From assembly GCF_006345805.1 (NCBI RefSeq), contig NC_043014.1, positions 43,648,001-43,712,000 of the forward strand: a stretch of 64,000 nucleotides of DNA, written 5' to 3'. Of this stretch, positions 52,065-64,000 are shown one piece after another. The stretch comes from Octopus sinensis (Eukaryota). The first letter of the stretch is position 1. The number at the start of each line of letters is the position of its first letter. Under the pieces are notes generated by a model. It was given only the letters and a program-made list of their open reading frames with translations. It searched no databases and had not been told where the DNA came from. The position numbers and the translations under genes were made by a program.

Positions 52065-53149
52065 ATACACTTAACATCAATGGTATCACTTTTGCAAGGA
52101 CCTCTAAAGTCCCATACCACCACGAGGTCCAGTTCTTTGTGATATGGTGGCTTGCATGGATCAATGACCTTTGGCCCTGAGAGCTATGCCAGCAAAGTGC
52201 AAGCTCCTGGTAGAACCTCCTCTGCTGAACAGGTCAAAGGATGAAGGCCAGACTTACATGAGCTGCCTTTTCCCAGAAGTGCAGGTACATGGTTTTGTGG
52301 TTAGGGTGTCAGACTGATGATTGTAAGATTTTGGTTTCGATTCCTGAACTGGGCAGCAGTCATCTCTGCTCTGATAGATATTGGAAACATATCAGAATCT
52401 GGGAAAGTGCATCACTGAGTGGTTAGAGCATCAGGCTTATAATCATGTGGTGGTGAGTTCAATTCCTGGACCGGGCTGTGTGTTGTGTTCTTGAACAAGA
52501 CACTTTATTTCATGTTGTTCCAGTTCTCTCAGCTGTAGAAATGAGTTGTGACATCACTGGTGCCAAGCTGTATCAGCCTTTGGCTTTCCATTGGATAACA
52601 TCAGTGGGATGGAGAGGAGAGGCTGGTATGCATGGGCAACTGCTGGTCTTCCTTAAACAATCTTGTCTGGACTTTTGCCTCAGGGGGGTAACTATTAAGT
52701 TCAATCCCTTGGTCATTCATGACTGGAAGGTGGGGTTTTACCCCTTACCCTTTGTATGAGAATCTGGAGTTAATTTTGTGTGTGCATGTGTGTGCAAGCC
52801 TGTCTCGCCATTCTGTGGATATCTTTCTCATGGGGGCAAGTTTGGGGAAGAATGAAAGAGAATGATTGAAAGAGAAAGAAAAGGAGTTTTAGCTGAGTTG
52901 TCAGATTGTAGAGTGTTTATGTCTTAGAGATTAAATATAAACACCTCCCCACTCTCACCTCCACCCCCAGAAAGAGAAAAGGTGATTGGAGAGGAATGGT
53001 TCTTCCTATAGAGACTTGCCTAACCTGGGGAAACTTTGTAGACCACCACCCCTCCTCACCAACTCCTTCCCTGGCAATTTGATTAAAATGATAACAGTTT
53101 ACTGGTGCTTGTGGTAGTAGAAACAATGAGGGCGAAGATAAGGATCATA

Positions 53150-53418
53150 ATGATAATTATGCCAATTACGATTGTAATTATGCTGATTGCGATGATGATG
53201 GTGATGGCGGCGGTGGTGGTGGTGGTGGTGGTATTTATGAGGATGATTAATGGCTGATATGACAATAAATAATGATGACGGCAACAACAACAACAACAAC
53301 AACAGGAATGATTTTGTACTGTTAATACAAATCTACTGATTACCAAGATGAAGATGAGAATGAAAGTGGTAGTGGTGATGGCAACGAAGACGATGATGAT
53401 GATGAGGAGGAGGATTAC

Positions 53419-53450
<32 letters not shown>

Positions 53451-54004
53451 CGATGACGATGATGATGGTGGTGGTGACGAAGACGATGATGGGGATGAGG
53501 ATGATGATGATGAGGAGGAGGATGACAATGATGATGGTGATGGTGGTGGTGGTAATGGTGCCCAAGACAACAATGATGGTGGTGGTGGTGGTGATGATGA
53601 GGAGGAGGAGGAGGAGGAGGGGGAGGAGAAGGAGGAGGATGTGGGTGAGTGGGTTAATAGTTGACAGCATGAATCCCAGAATAGCTTTGACTGGTGGTTC
53701 TTCTGTATTTTATTGACCTGCAAAAGAGATAAAAAGCAGAGTCATTCCTGACAGGACTGGAACAACAGGGGAAGATTACTGCAAGGGAGAGATTAAAACT
53801 TATTATATCTGTATAACGAAGTTGTTTAGTCCATCTTTCTATTGTTTCAGCCACCATTCCACAACTCTTAAGGAGGGCAATAATATTATTGATAAGAACC
53901 ATGGTGGTGGTGGTAGTGGTGGTAGTGGTGAGGGCACTGCTATATAGGTCCCTAATTAAGAAATTACAACAACAACAACAACAATAATAATGATAATGAT
54001 GATG

Positions 54005-54052
<48 letters not shown>

Positions 54053-54330
54053 CTAATGATGATGATGATTGGCAGTAATTGGCTGACAGTGGTAATCAAC
54101 TATATAGATAAAGTAATGATAGCTACCAATGGCAGGAATACTATATTCTGTTTGGTGGTGGTGGTGGTGGTGGTGGTTGTGGTTGTGGTGGTGGTGATGG
54201 TGGTGGTGGTGGTGGTGGTGGTGGTGATGGTGGTGGTGATGGTGGTGGTGATGGTGGTGGTGGTGGTGGTGGTGGTGGTGGTGGTGGTGGTGGTGGTGGT
54301 GGTGGTGATGGTGATGGTGGTGGTGGTAGT
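53150..54330. repeat. (GAT/GGT/GAG)n, (AAT)n and (GGT)n microsatellites
   Basis: Read directly from the sequence. Confidence 0.9.
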
Positions 54331-54494
54331 AATAGTATGTAGTAGTGTGACCTAGGAACCAATCCAATCCAAGGAGGGTTATAAAGTTATACATATGGTT
54401 GGGGGTTGTTTTTTTTTATAGTTTCCCATTTGTCAAATTCTAGTCACATGGTATGGTGATTGGTCAGCCATGAAAAGCTGGTCTGTGATGGTTA

Positions 54495-54529
<35 letters not shown>

Positions 54530-54718
54530 ATACGTATTTCAAAATAGAAAATTACCCTTTAACAGGTAATTTTACATGCTAGAAATAGCAGCCAACACGG
54601 CCAAAAACCACAATTTTATAGCAAATTTCGAAGTAAATGAAAAGTAAAACCTTTACCTTGTTATATAACGGTTATACCATGGTTTCGGATTACTTTAGCA
54701 AATAATATCGTTTGCTAT

Positions 54719-54807
<89 letters not shown>

Positions 54808-55266
54808 CATGACTGAAAATGCCCTTTGAGTCAATTTGGTAGATAGAATAACTATGTGGAAGCTTATTGTGTGTGTCTGTGTGTGTGTGTGTAGGCAAAG
54901 GTGTAGCTGTGTGGTAAAGAGCTTGCTTTCTAACCACATGGTCTTGGGCTCAATCCCATTACATGGCATCTTGGGTAAGTGTCTTCTACTACTATAGCCT
55001 TGGGCTATGACCAAATCCCTGTGAGTGGATTTGGTAGATGGAAACTGTAAGAAGCCTGTTGCGTATGTGTCTGTCCTTGTCCTCCACCATCACTTGACAG
55101 CTGCTGTTAGTGTGTTTACATCCCCCCAAAATACACTAACACCAGCTGCAGTAGCGGTCTTTAAAAAAAAAGATGTACTAGGGTCAATTCATTTGACTAA
55201 AAATTCTTCAAGGTAGTGCCCCAGCATGGCCACAGCCAAAATAACTGCAACAAGTAAAACAGAAGA

Positions 55267-55297
<31 letters not shown>

Positions 55298-55320
55298 CGA
55301 TGGGCTTCTTTAAGTTTCAG

Positions 55321-56017
55321 TCTACCAAATCCACTCACAAGGCTTTGGTTGGCTCAAGGCTATAGTAGAAGATACTTGCCCAAGGTGCCACGCAGTGGGA
55401 CTGAACCCGGAACCATGTAGTTCGTAAGCAAGCTACTTACCACACAGCCACTCCAACTGATTTTCTGAGGCACGTCTTCGAACATTTTTTGCTCATTCGA
55501 ATATAGAATTTCTATGTGGAAACTTCCAAGCTTTCTGTTCTCCATTTCTTAAGGAAGATGTTGCTATTATCATTAAGAAAAGAATTTCACCTTTTTTTTT
55601 TTTATTTACCGTTCGCTTTTCTATTTAGTTTACATTATAGAAATCTTTAGCTGATTACCCATCTACCAAATCCACTCACAAGACTTTGGTTGGCCCGAGG
55701 CTATAGTGGAAGACACTTGCTCAAGGTGCCACGCAGTGGGACTGAACCCGGAACCATGTAGTTCGTAAGCAAGCTACTTACTACACAGCCACTCCAACTG
55801 ATTTTCTGAGGCTCCTCTTGGAAAATTTTTTGCTCATTCCAGTATAGAATTTCTGTGCGGAAACTTCCAAGCTTTCTATTCTCCATCTCTTAAGGAAGAT
55901 GTTGCTATTATTATCATTAAGAAAAGAATTTCACCTCTTTGTATTTTTTTTACATTTGTTTGTTTATTTACCGTTCGCTTTTCTATTTAGTTTACATTAT
56001 AGAAATCTTTAGCTGAT
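55321..56017. repeat. Local tandem duplication, period about 341 bp
   Basis: TCTACCAAATCCACTCACAAG at 55321 and 55662. Both copies end at CTGATTA. Confidence 0.9.
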
Positions 56018-56409
56018 TATCGGAGTTGATGCCGGGACATAGTAATTTCATAGATGTTGCAGAATAAACAATAATTTGTTAGCATTTTGTTGTTACAGTT
56101 TTACTCGTTTGTATTGCATATACACATACCTTATTTATATTCGGAAGAGAGAAAATAATGGAGAAATAATGGAGAAAAATTCCAAACGGCAATCACAGTA
56201 ATAATAAATAATGCACAAAGAAGGAATAAAAAAAAAAATACATATAAGAGGATACGGGGGTGGGGCATGGTTGTTGTTTTAGTATTGCCATGTATCTCTT
56301 TCCGAAGCATTGCTTGTATAAACCTGAAACATTCACTTGCAGAATTGGGGTTGCCTTTTGTCATATTCCACCAAGTTCCGTTGGTCAACCTTGATTTTAT
56401 TTTTTTCTC

Positions 56410-56467
<58 letters not shown>

Positions 56468-56798
56468 TGTGTATATATAAATGTATATGTGTTTGTGTAT
56501 ATATATGTGTGTGTGTATATATATATGTGTGTGTATATATATATGTATGTATATATATATGTATGTATATATATGTATATATATATGTATATGTTATATA
56601 TATATATGTATGTATATATATATGTATATATATGTGTATATGTGTGTGTGTGTGTATGTATGTATGTATATATATATGTATGTGTGTGTGTGTTTTATAT
56701 TATTTTTGTATTCTGTTGTTTGTTTTATTTGTTTTGCATCTTCCCTCCCTGACAGATTTAGTTAACCACTAATAATATTTATGTTATATTTCCTCAGT

Positions 56799-56849
<51 letters not shown>

Positions 56850-56879
56850 TCTGAACAAATATTTTCTTCAGCTTCCATG

Positions 56880-56918
<39 letters not shown>

Positions 56919-56973
56919 CTCTCTCCTGCTGACTTGCCAAATTGACATTTTTGAATTAGTTTTGGGGAAATAA

Positions 56974-57021
<48 letters not shown>

Positions 57022-57096
57022 ACAGATGAGAGAAAGAAAGATAGAGACAAGAAAGAGGGAGAGAGATAAGAGAGAGACAGACAGAACAACTGACAT

Positions 57097-57140
<44 letters not shown>

Positions 57141-58083
57141 CAAGTAATTAAATTCCTACCATGGTTTCATGCAGGGCAGGTATTGTACTGGTTACTAGTG
57201 ACCCCCCAATGGGGCTGCAGCGCTGTTAGTTAGGGATGTTCTCTCTCACTCTCTCTCTGTACATATATAATTGGGTACTTAGAGTGGGGAGGAGTCATTG
57301 GACCTATAGTCTATGGAGGCCCTTTGAGAATAATGGTGTGTTGGATGTGATTAATGTTCCTCTTGTCAAATTTGGATGATAACAGTTGGGGGCGGGGCAG
57401 AGTTAGGCAAAGCAAATATATATTTCTTTACTGCCCACAAGGGGCTAAACATAGAGGGGACAAATGGATAAAGTCAATTACATCGACTCCAGTGCGAAAC
57501 TGGTACTTTATTTATCAACCCCGAAAGGGTGAAAGGCAAAGTCGACCTCGGCGGAATTTGAACTCAGGACGTAACGACAGACGAAATACGGCTACGCATT
57601 TCGCCCGGCGTGCTAACCGTTCTGCCAGCTCGCCGCCTATAAAAGTCAGGTAAGGAATTCAAGAGGGCTACCATTCTGGGGTGTGGGGTGGGACATATAG
57701 GTTAGATTGGAGTTGAGTCAGTAGGTTTAGCTCATGGATGAATGCAATGTGATTTAGTCAAGAGTATCTAAGTAGAGATAGCATGGGGGGGGGCCACTGT
57801 AGTCGCTGTAAGAAAGAGTAGAGAAGCACATCTGCGGACCAGTGGGGTGTCAGTAAGTGACCCTGTCATACCAACTTGCTGAGCAGTGGTCTTTGCTTTT
57901 ACTTCCATCTGATATCTGCACTGAAACCATTGTTTGGGTTTAATTATCTTGTTTCTGATCCAGTTTATTTTGTCGCAAATGTGTGTTGAGATCTTTGTTA
58001 AAACTTAGAGAAAACTGCAATAGCAATACAGGTTTTATATAATAATCACACAAATAGACATGCATATGTGTGTGTGTGTGTGT

Positions 58084-58134
<51 letters not shown>

Positions 58135-58170
58135 TATGTGTGTGTGTATATATATGTTCATATGTATATA

Positions 58171-58204
<34 letters not shown>

Positions 58205-58439
58205 GTGTATGTGTGTGTGTATATATATTCATATGTATATATATGTGTGTGTGTGTGTATATATTCATATGTATATATATATGTGTGTGTGTGTGTATAT
58301 ATAGTGTATGTGTGTGTATATATATTCATATGTATGTATATATATATGTGTGTGTGTATATATATATATATATGCATGTATGTGTATATTTAAATATATG
58401 TATGTATATATATATCTGTGTGTGTGGTGTGTGTGTTTG

Positions 58440-58659
58440 TGTATATATTGATAGAAATGGCAAGACAACCAAAGAATGAAAGAGACCTCGATATTATGTA
58501 AATAGAGGAATTTATCTGTAAATATGTTTGTTTATGTGTGTGTGTGTGTTGTGTGTGTGTGTGTGTTGTGTATATATATTGATAGAAATGGCAAGACAAC
58601 CAAAGAATGAAAGAGACCTCGATATTATGTAAATAGAGGAATTTATCTGTAAATATGTT

Positions 58660-58670
<11 letters not shown>
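58440..58670. repeat. Duplication of a ~90-bp unique segment between TG tracts, period 131 bp
   Basis: ATAGAAATGGCAAGACAACC at 58451 and 58582. Confidence 0.9.
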
Positions 58671-58698
<28 letters not shown>

Positions 58699-59123
58699 AT
58701 ATGTCTGTGTATGTGTATGGATGCATGTGCATGGGTGTGAGTGTGTGTATAGTGACACACAGTGGGATAACAGATTTAGCTGTGGGTTTTAGCAGATGAA
58801 ATGATATCATAGTGGCTCTTCTGTTGGCTTAATTTTGTGTCGCTTGGTGTTGAATAAAACTAAAGGGAAGAGTACAGTATCTCGCTTCCCCAAGCTTGAC
58901 AAAACACTCAGTGAAATTCTAATGTGGTAACCATTTTGGCTGCTAATCATCCAGTGCTCTTATCATCTTGGAATAGCTCCAAATTTTTCTCCATGCACAG
59001 CAAGGCTAAATATGTCTCAAACATATTTAGAGTCTTGCTGTCGAGTTAAAAACATATAAAAATCTATTTTCATATTTAGAATTAATTAATTCCCATGCTG
59101 TATTCTCTATCATAATTAGCATA

Positions 59124-59525
59124 TATTTCTTTATTGCCCACAAGGGGCTAAACATAGAGGGGACAAACAAGGACAGACGACGGATTAAGTCGATTACATC
59201 GACCCCAGTACTTAATTTATCGACCCCGAAAGGATGAAAGGCAAAGTCGACCTCGGCGGAATTTGAACTCAGAACATAACGGCAGACGAAATACCTATTT
59301 CTTTATTACCCACAAGGGACTAAACACAGAGGCGACAAACAAGGACAGACATAGGTATTAAGTTGATTACATTGACCCCAGTGCGTAACTGGTACTTTAT
59401 TTATCAACCCCGAAAGAATGAAAGGCAATGTCGACCTCGGCGGAATTTGAACTCAGAACGTTACGGCAGACGAAATACCGCAAGCATTTCGCCTGGCGTG
59501 CTAACAATTCTGCCAGCTCGCCGCC
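59124..59525 (-). mobile_element. SINE B dimer
   Basis: Junction GAAATACCTATTTC at 59288-59301, the reverse complement of the 11.3-kb junction. Confidence 0.9.
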
Positions 59526-59918
59526 TTAAACATACATACATACATACATACGGATGTATACATATCTGTTGACATCATAATTAACAGAACAAAAATAAAA
59601 CCAGCAAACACCTCCCCCACCTTTTTGGTCTCCCTGTTGACAGCAATCACTGGCTGCAAGTTCGGTGCACCATAAAAATAGTGAAAACAATATTTATTGA
59701 ATATGTTGATGACCGATAAAACGCTTTTGCACTTTGGTTATTTAGAAATAAGTTTCTTGCATCTTTTTTTCTCTGCTGCTGTTCCAACATTGTATCGTTG
59801 TTGGAGCTTATTAAGGTTGCTTGTTTCCCAGTAGTAATAATTATATACGCATACAGGTAAAAAAAGCGTTTCATCTTTTAATCAGGTGTACAAACATCTA
59901 GGAGACTTAATTCTTTTT

Positions 59919-60000
<82 letters not shown>

Positions 60001-60167
60001 CCTCACTCTCACTCTCATGTGTAAACTTGAGTTTCACTTTACTTTTTAGAAAAAAATAAAGAATTGCTATTTTAGACAAGAAGAATAAAAATAATTAAAA
60101 AAATTTTTTTAATTAACATAATACTGTAAGAAAGAAATCTAAAGATTATTGAAATTGATGATTTCTC

Positions 60168-60215
<48 letters not shown>

Positions 60216-60401
60216 TACTACTACTACTGCTACTACTACTACTATTATTATTACTATTATTATTATTATTATTACTACTATTATTATTATTACTACTATT
60301 ATTATTATTACTACTATTATTATTATTATTACTACTACTACTACTACTACTATTATTACTACTATTATTATTATTACTACTACTACTACTATTATTATTA
60401 C

Positions 60402-60434
<33 letters not shown>

Positions 60435-61156
60435 TACTACTATTATTATTATTATTATTATTATTACTATTATTATTATTATTACTACTACTATTATTAT
60501 TATTATTATTATTACTATTATTATTATTACTACTACTACTACTATACTACTATTATTACTACTATTATTATTATTACTACTACTACTACTATTATTATTA
60601 CTATTATTATTATTATTATTATTATTACTACTACTACTACTATTATTATTATTATTACTACAACTACTATTATTATTATCATTATTAATATTATTATTTT
60701 GTCACTGTGAGAGTTAAAAGTAAAGAATAAATATTTGAAGTGAAAATTATGTTGTCAGAAAGTAAATATTGACACACTGGGAGGAATGTCTTACTCAACT
60801 AATGAAAATGTTGCTTTATATCAAACACTAAGTAAAGCATCAAAACCTGCTGAGTGATAAAAAAAAAAAAAAATTAAATATAACCGGACAAATAGATAAA
60901 TAAAAATAGGAAGAAAAAAAAGACCTACTTTTTTAATAAATGTAAACAATTTTCTGAAGTTCATCATCATTATTATTTTTATTATTATTATTATTGTTAT
61001 ATTATTATTATTATTATTATTATATATTATATTATTATTATTATTATTATTGTTATTATTATTATATATTATTATTATTATTATTACTATTATTATTATT
61101 ATTATTATTATTACTAGTATTATTATTATTATTACTATTATTATTATTATTATTAC

Positions 61157-61201
<45 letters not shown>

Positions 61202-61234
61202 TACTATTATTATTACTAGTATTATTATCATTAC

Positions 61235-61273
<39 letters not shown>

Positions 61274-61385
61274 TATTATTACTATTATTATTATTATTAT
61301 TATTATTATTTTATTATTATTACTATTATTACTATTATTATTATTATTACTAGTATTATTATTATTGTTATTATTGTTGTTGTTA

Positions 61386-61425
<40 letters not shown>
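60168..61425. repeat. Two long (TTA/CTA)n compound microsatellites
   Basis: About 60168-60690 and 60965-61425. Similar tracts lie at 18655-18995, 21145-21570 and 44820-45045. Confidence 0.95.
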
Positions 61426-61426
<1 letters not shown>

Positions 61427-62034
61427 TGTAAACTTCAGAAATAAAGAAAAACAACAGATATCTCAGTTGGATTATAGTCAGTATAGCAAGCTAATGGATA
61501 TGGAATAGTTGTTGGTGTGGGGTTATGGAGCGGAAGGGTCTGCTAGAGCGGACATACCTGTAGTATAGAGAGAGCTAACCATGTAAACAACATAATTTTA
61601 CAGGCATTTCTAGGAACGGCAATCCAGACTTTATTATAGAGGATAGTATTGGGGCAGGTGGAGGGGGATCGTACAGTGAAATTGTAGTCAGAAGTGGAGT
61701 GTCTAATGTTTGGGATAAAGTCTTTGTTCGGGATTAAAATGACAGGAGAGGTGGTGCGGGAAGTGTGAAAGGAAAGACAGTAGAGTCTTACATCTTTGTT
61801 TGAGCAACTGGCTGCAACTGATGGGGAACACAAAAACAGCATGAGCTTGCATATATTGACAGGAAGTAGTAAGAGAGAAAAACTTGGTGAGTGAGAAAGA
61901 TGGAAAGAGAAATGAAAATAGGAAGAGAAGTGCATTGGGGTGATAGGGTGAAATGGAAGGAAAATCTGAATCGAGAGAGGAGCTGAAGGATAAGAATGAG
62001 ATTACTGTACTAAGGAGGAATAAAAGGGAAGATG

Positions 62035-62346
62035 TTAATCTAAACCCATCTGTAATTTGATTCGAAGTTTGAACACGAAGCACTGTTCCTTCTATTTCTC
62101 ACAGTATGTTGATCCATGACATGTAGAGATATTGCACATTGATAAATGAGTAATGGAATAGCCCACTACGTTGAAGAAGGTAGCAACAGGTTGGTCAGGT
62201 ATATGTGGTGGTGTGTTTTGGATGTGCTCATGGAGGTGATCAACAAGGAGATGGCCTGTATTCTCAGTGTAATCTGCGCTGTGAAGTTTACAGCTAATGC
62301 AGTATATAAGATTAGAAAATGTGTACCAGAAGTTTTGACTAATATG
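62035..62346 (-). mobile_element. Degenerate Penelope-like GIY-YIG endonuclease remnant
   Basis: Minus frame reads HISQNFWYTFSNLIYCISCKLHSADYTENTGHLLVDHLHEH...PVATFFN...EK*KEQCFVFKL, resembling the PLE SNLIYCIxC...YIGETGR...EH motif. One internal stop. Confidence 0.75.
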
Positions 62347-62593
62347 GTACTGTGTCTTAGCCCTGGAAATGATGTAATGTTTTCAATATAGGGTCAAATA
62401 TTGTATCATTGCAAGCACATTTAACCTGATCATATCTGACCCTTATATTCTTCATGTTTTATGTTCAAACTGGCCATATTCAGCCACTCGCAGTTCCCTA
62501 CAATGTCATACTAAAAATAAACTAGCACATTATCAAAATCTCAATGTGAAAAGATAATGAGTTATTCAAAACAATGTGAACAAATAATGGACC

Positions 62594-62982
62594 TGTAGGA
62601 GTGGCTGTGTGGTAAGTAGCTTGCTTACCAACCACATGGTTCCAGGTTCAGTCCCACTGCATGGCATCTTGGGCAAGTGTCTTCTACTATAGCCTCGGGC
62701 CGACCAAACCATTGTGAGTGGATTAGGTAGACGGAAACTGAAAGAAGCCTGTCGTGTATATGTATATATATGTATGTGTGTGTGTCTGTTTGTTCTCCCA
62801 ACATCGCTTGACAACCGATGCTGGTGTGTTAACGTCCCTGTAACTTAGTGGTTCGGCAAAAGAGACCGATAGAATAAGTACTAGGCTTACAAAGAATAAA
62901 TCCTGGGATCGATTTGCTTGACTAAAGGCAGTGCTACAGCATGGCCACAGTCAAATGACTGAAACAAGTAAAAGAGTAAGAG
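62594..62982 (+). mobile_element. SINE family A, full length
   Basis: Full match. More degenerate or partial copies lie at about 11110, 30890, 46150, 54893 and 55280. Confidence 0.9.
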
Positions 62983-64000
62983 ACAGAACATGAATGATAA
63001 AGCGTCAAAAGTGCCTTGTCTGTGGCTCAGTGAAATGTGGCAGAATCATTAGAGTGCCAGAAAAAAATGCTTTGTGGCATCTTTACTTTCTGAGTTCAAA
63101 TACTGCCAAGGTCAACTTTGTATTTCAATCCTTCAAGGGTCGGTAAAATATTATGATTATCCTGGGCATCGGGGAAAACTGATATTCCCCTGAAGTAAAT
63201 AAAAACGTCTAAAATGAAACCAAGAGTACCGCTGACAGAGTATTGTATGTTCAATTACAAAACACTCCTCAGCGTTAATTAACTTTGTATTTCAGCTTCT
63301 GCAGTTTATACATTAAGTTCTTTCAGCATGCTGTTGATATCATCGTTAGTCATTATTAATAAAGCAAAAAACGATATGTGTGTACATACATACACACATG
63401 CAGGCACACACACACACATGGTGTGAAAAAAAAAATGGATAAGATTTTGTAAATAATGTTTCTTTTATTCACAGCTCTTGCAAAAATGTTTACATAGATA
63501 TAGTTTGTGTATATAAACATGTGATTTATGAGTTGGCGTCAGAGGATTTTCTGACATGCGGTACTTCAATATCTTCCTGTATATTGTTCAGTTGCAGTCC
63601 AAATGTTTACCTTACGTCCTGTCTTCAATAAAATAAAGTGCAAGTCAAGTAGTACTCTGTTGAAATTTATCTACTACTTAGACTTCTCTAAAAATTGTGC
63701 CCTCGTGTACTTATGTTAGAAACCATAAAAGCACCAGTTGAGCACCGCAGTTGATGTTTTTGATTTACTTACCCCTCTCACTAAATTTGCAAGCCTCGTG
63801 TCAAAATTTGAAATTATTAGGTGATGAGCGGGTATAATCATTACCAGGGAGTCGGAAACGATTAAAGGGTATCTAGAGTCGTAGTCGGAGTCGGTTATAC
63901 TATACCAACTCCAACTCACAATATCTTTATTCTTTAATATAAACCAGTTATAACATATGGGCCTACTCAAAGTACAAGTGTATGCATATGCTTTATGAGA

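Noticed and set aside
53600-53935. Strong acceptors on both strands (53717 minus, about 53848 plus)
   Set aside because: No convincing donor or unique frame. They are indistinguishable from chance in this T-rich background.
54150-54330. G-quadruplex in the (GGT)n tract
   Set aside because: Only two-G runs in an ordinary microsatellite, with nothing specific to this locus.
57200-57880. Possible Penelope RT remnant on the minus strand
   Set aside because: Too degenerate to align by eye.
59746-59856. Candidate plus exon NKFLASFFLCCCSNIVSLLELIKVACFPVVIIIYAY
   Set aside because: The donor is good, but the acceptor is modest and the hydrophobic composition is expected from T-rich DNA. Not supported without RNA data.

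Overview
AT-rich, repeat-dominated eukaryotic DNA. The SINE/MITE content suggests a coleoid cephalopod, probably Octopus (inference, not database-checked). There is no long real ORF: almost every entry in the ORF track comes from microsatellites or SINEs. Most of the window is tRNA-derived SINEs (at least four families), piggyBac-, mariner- and Merlin-like MITEs, non-autonomous Helitrons, LINE 3' fragments (RTE-like, a (TAA)n-associated element, a Penelope-like GIY-YIG remnant), long compound microsatellites and short local tandem duplications. A few short splice-bounded open exons suggest a long plus-strand gene whose product I cannot identify, and possibly the 3' end of a minus-strand gene at about 49-51 kb. 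The most notable items are (1) a near-intact U6 snRNA retrocopy fused through its U-tract to a LINE-type 3' tail and nested downstream of a SINE Pol III promoter (22.7-23.25 kb), (2) a 15-unit array of a ~105-bp retroelement 3' end separated by (ATT)n spacers (28.6-30.5 kb), and (3) head-to-tail SINE multimers that reuse the same palindromic junction at distant loci. Coordinates were counted by eye and may be off by a few bases.
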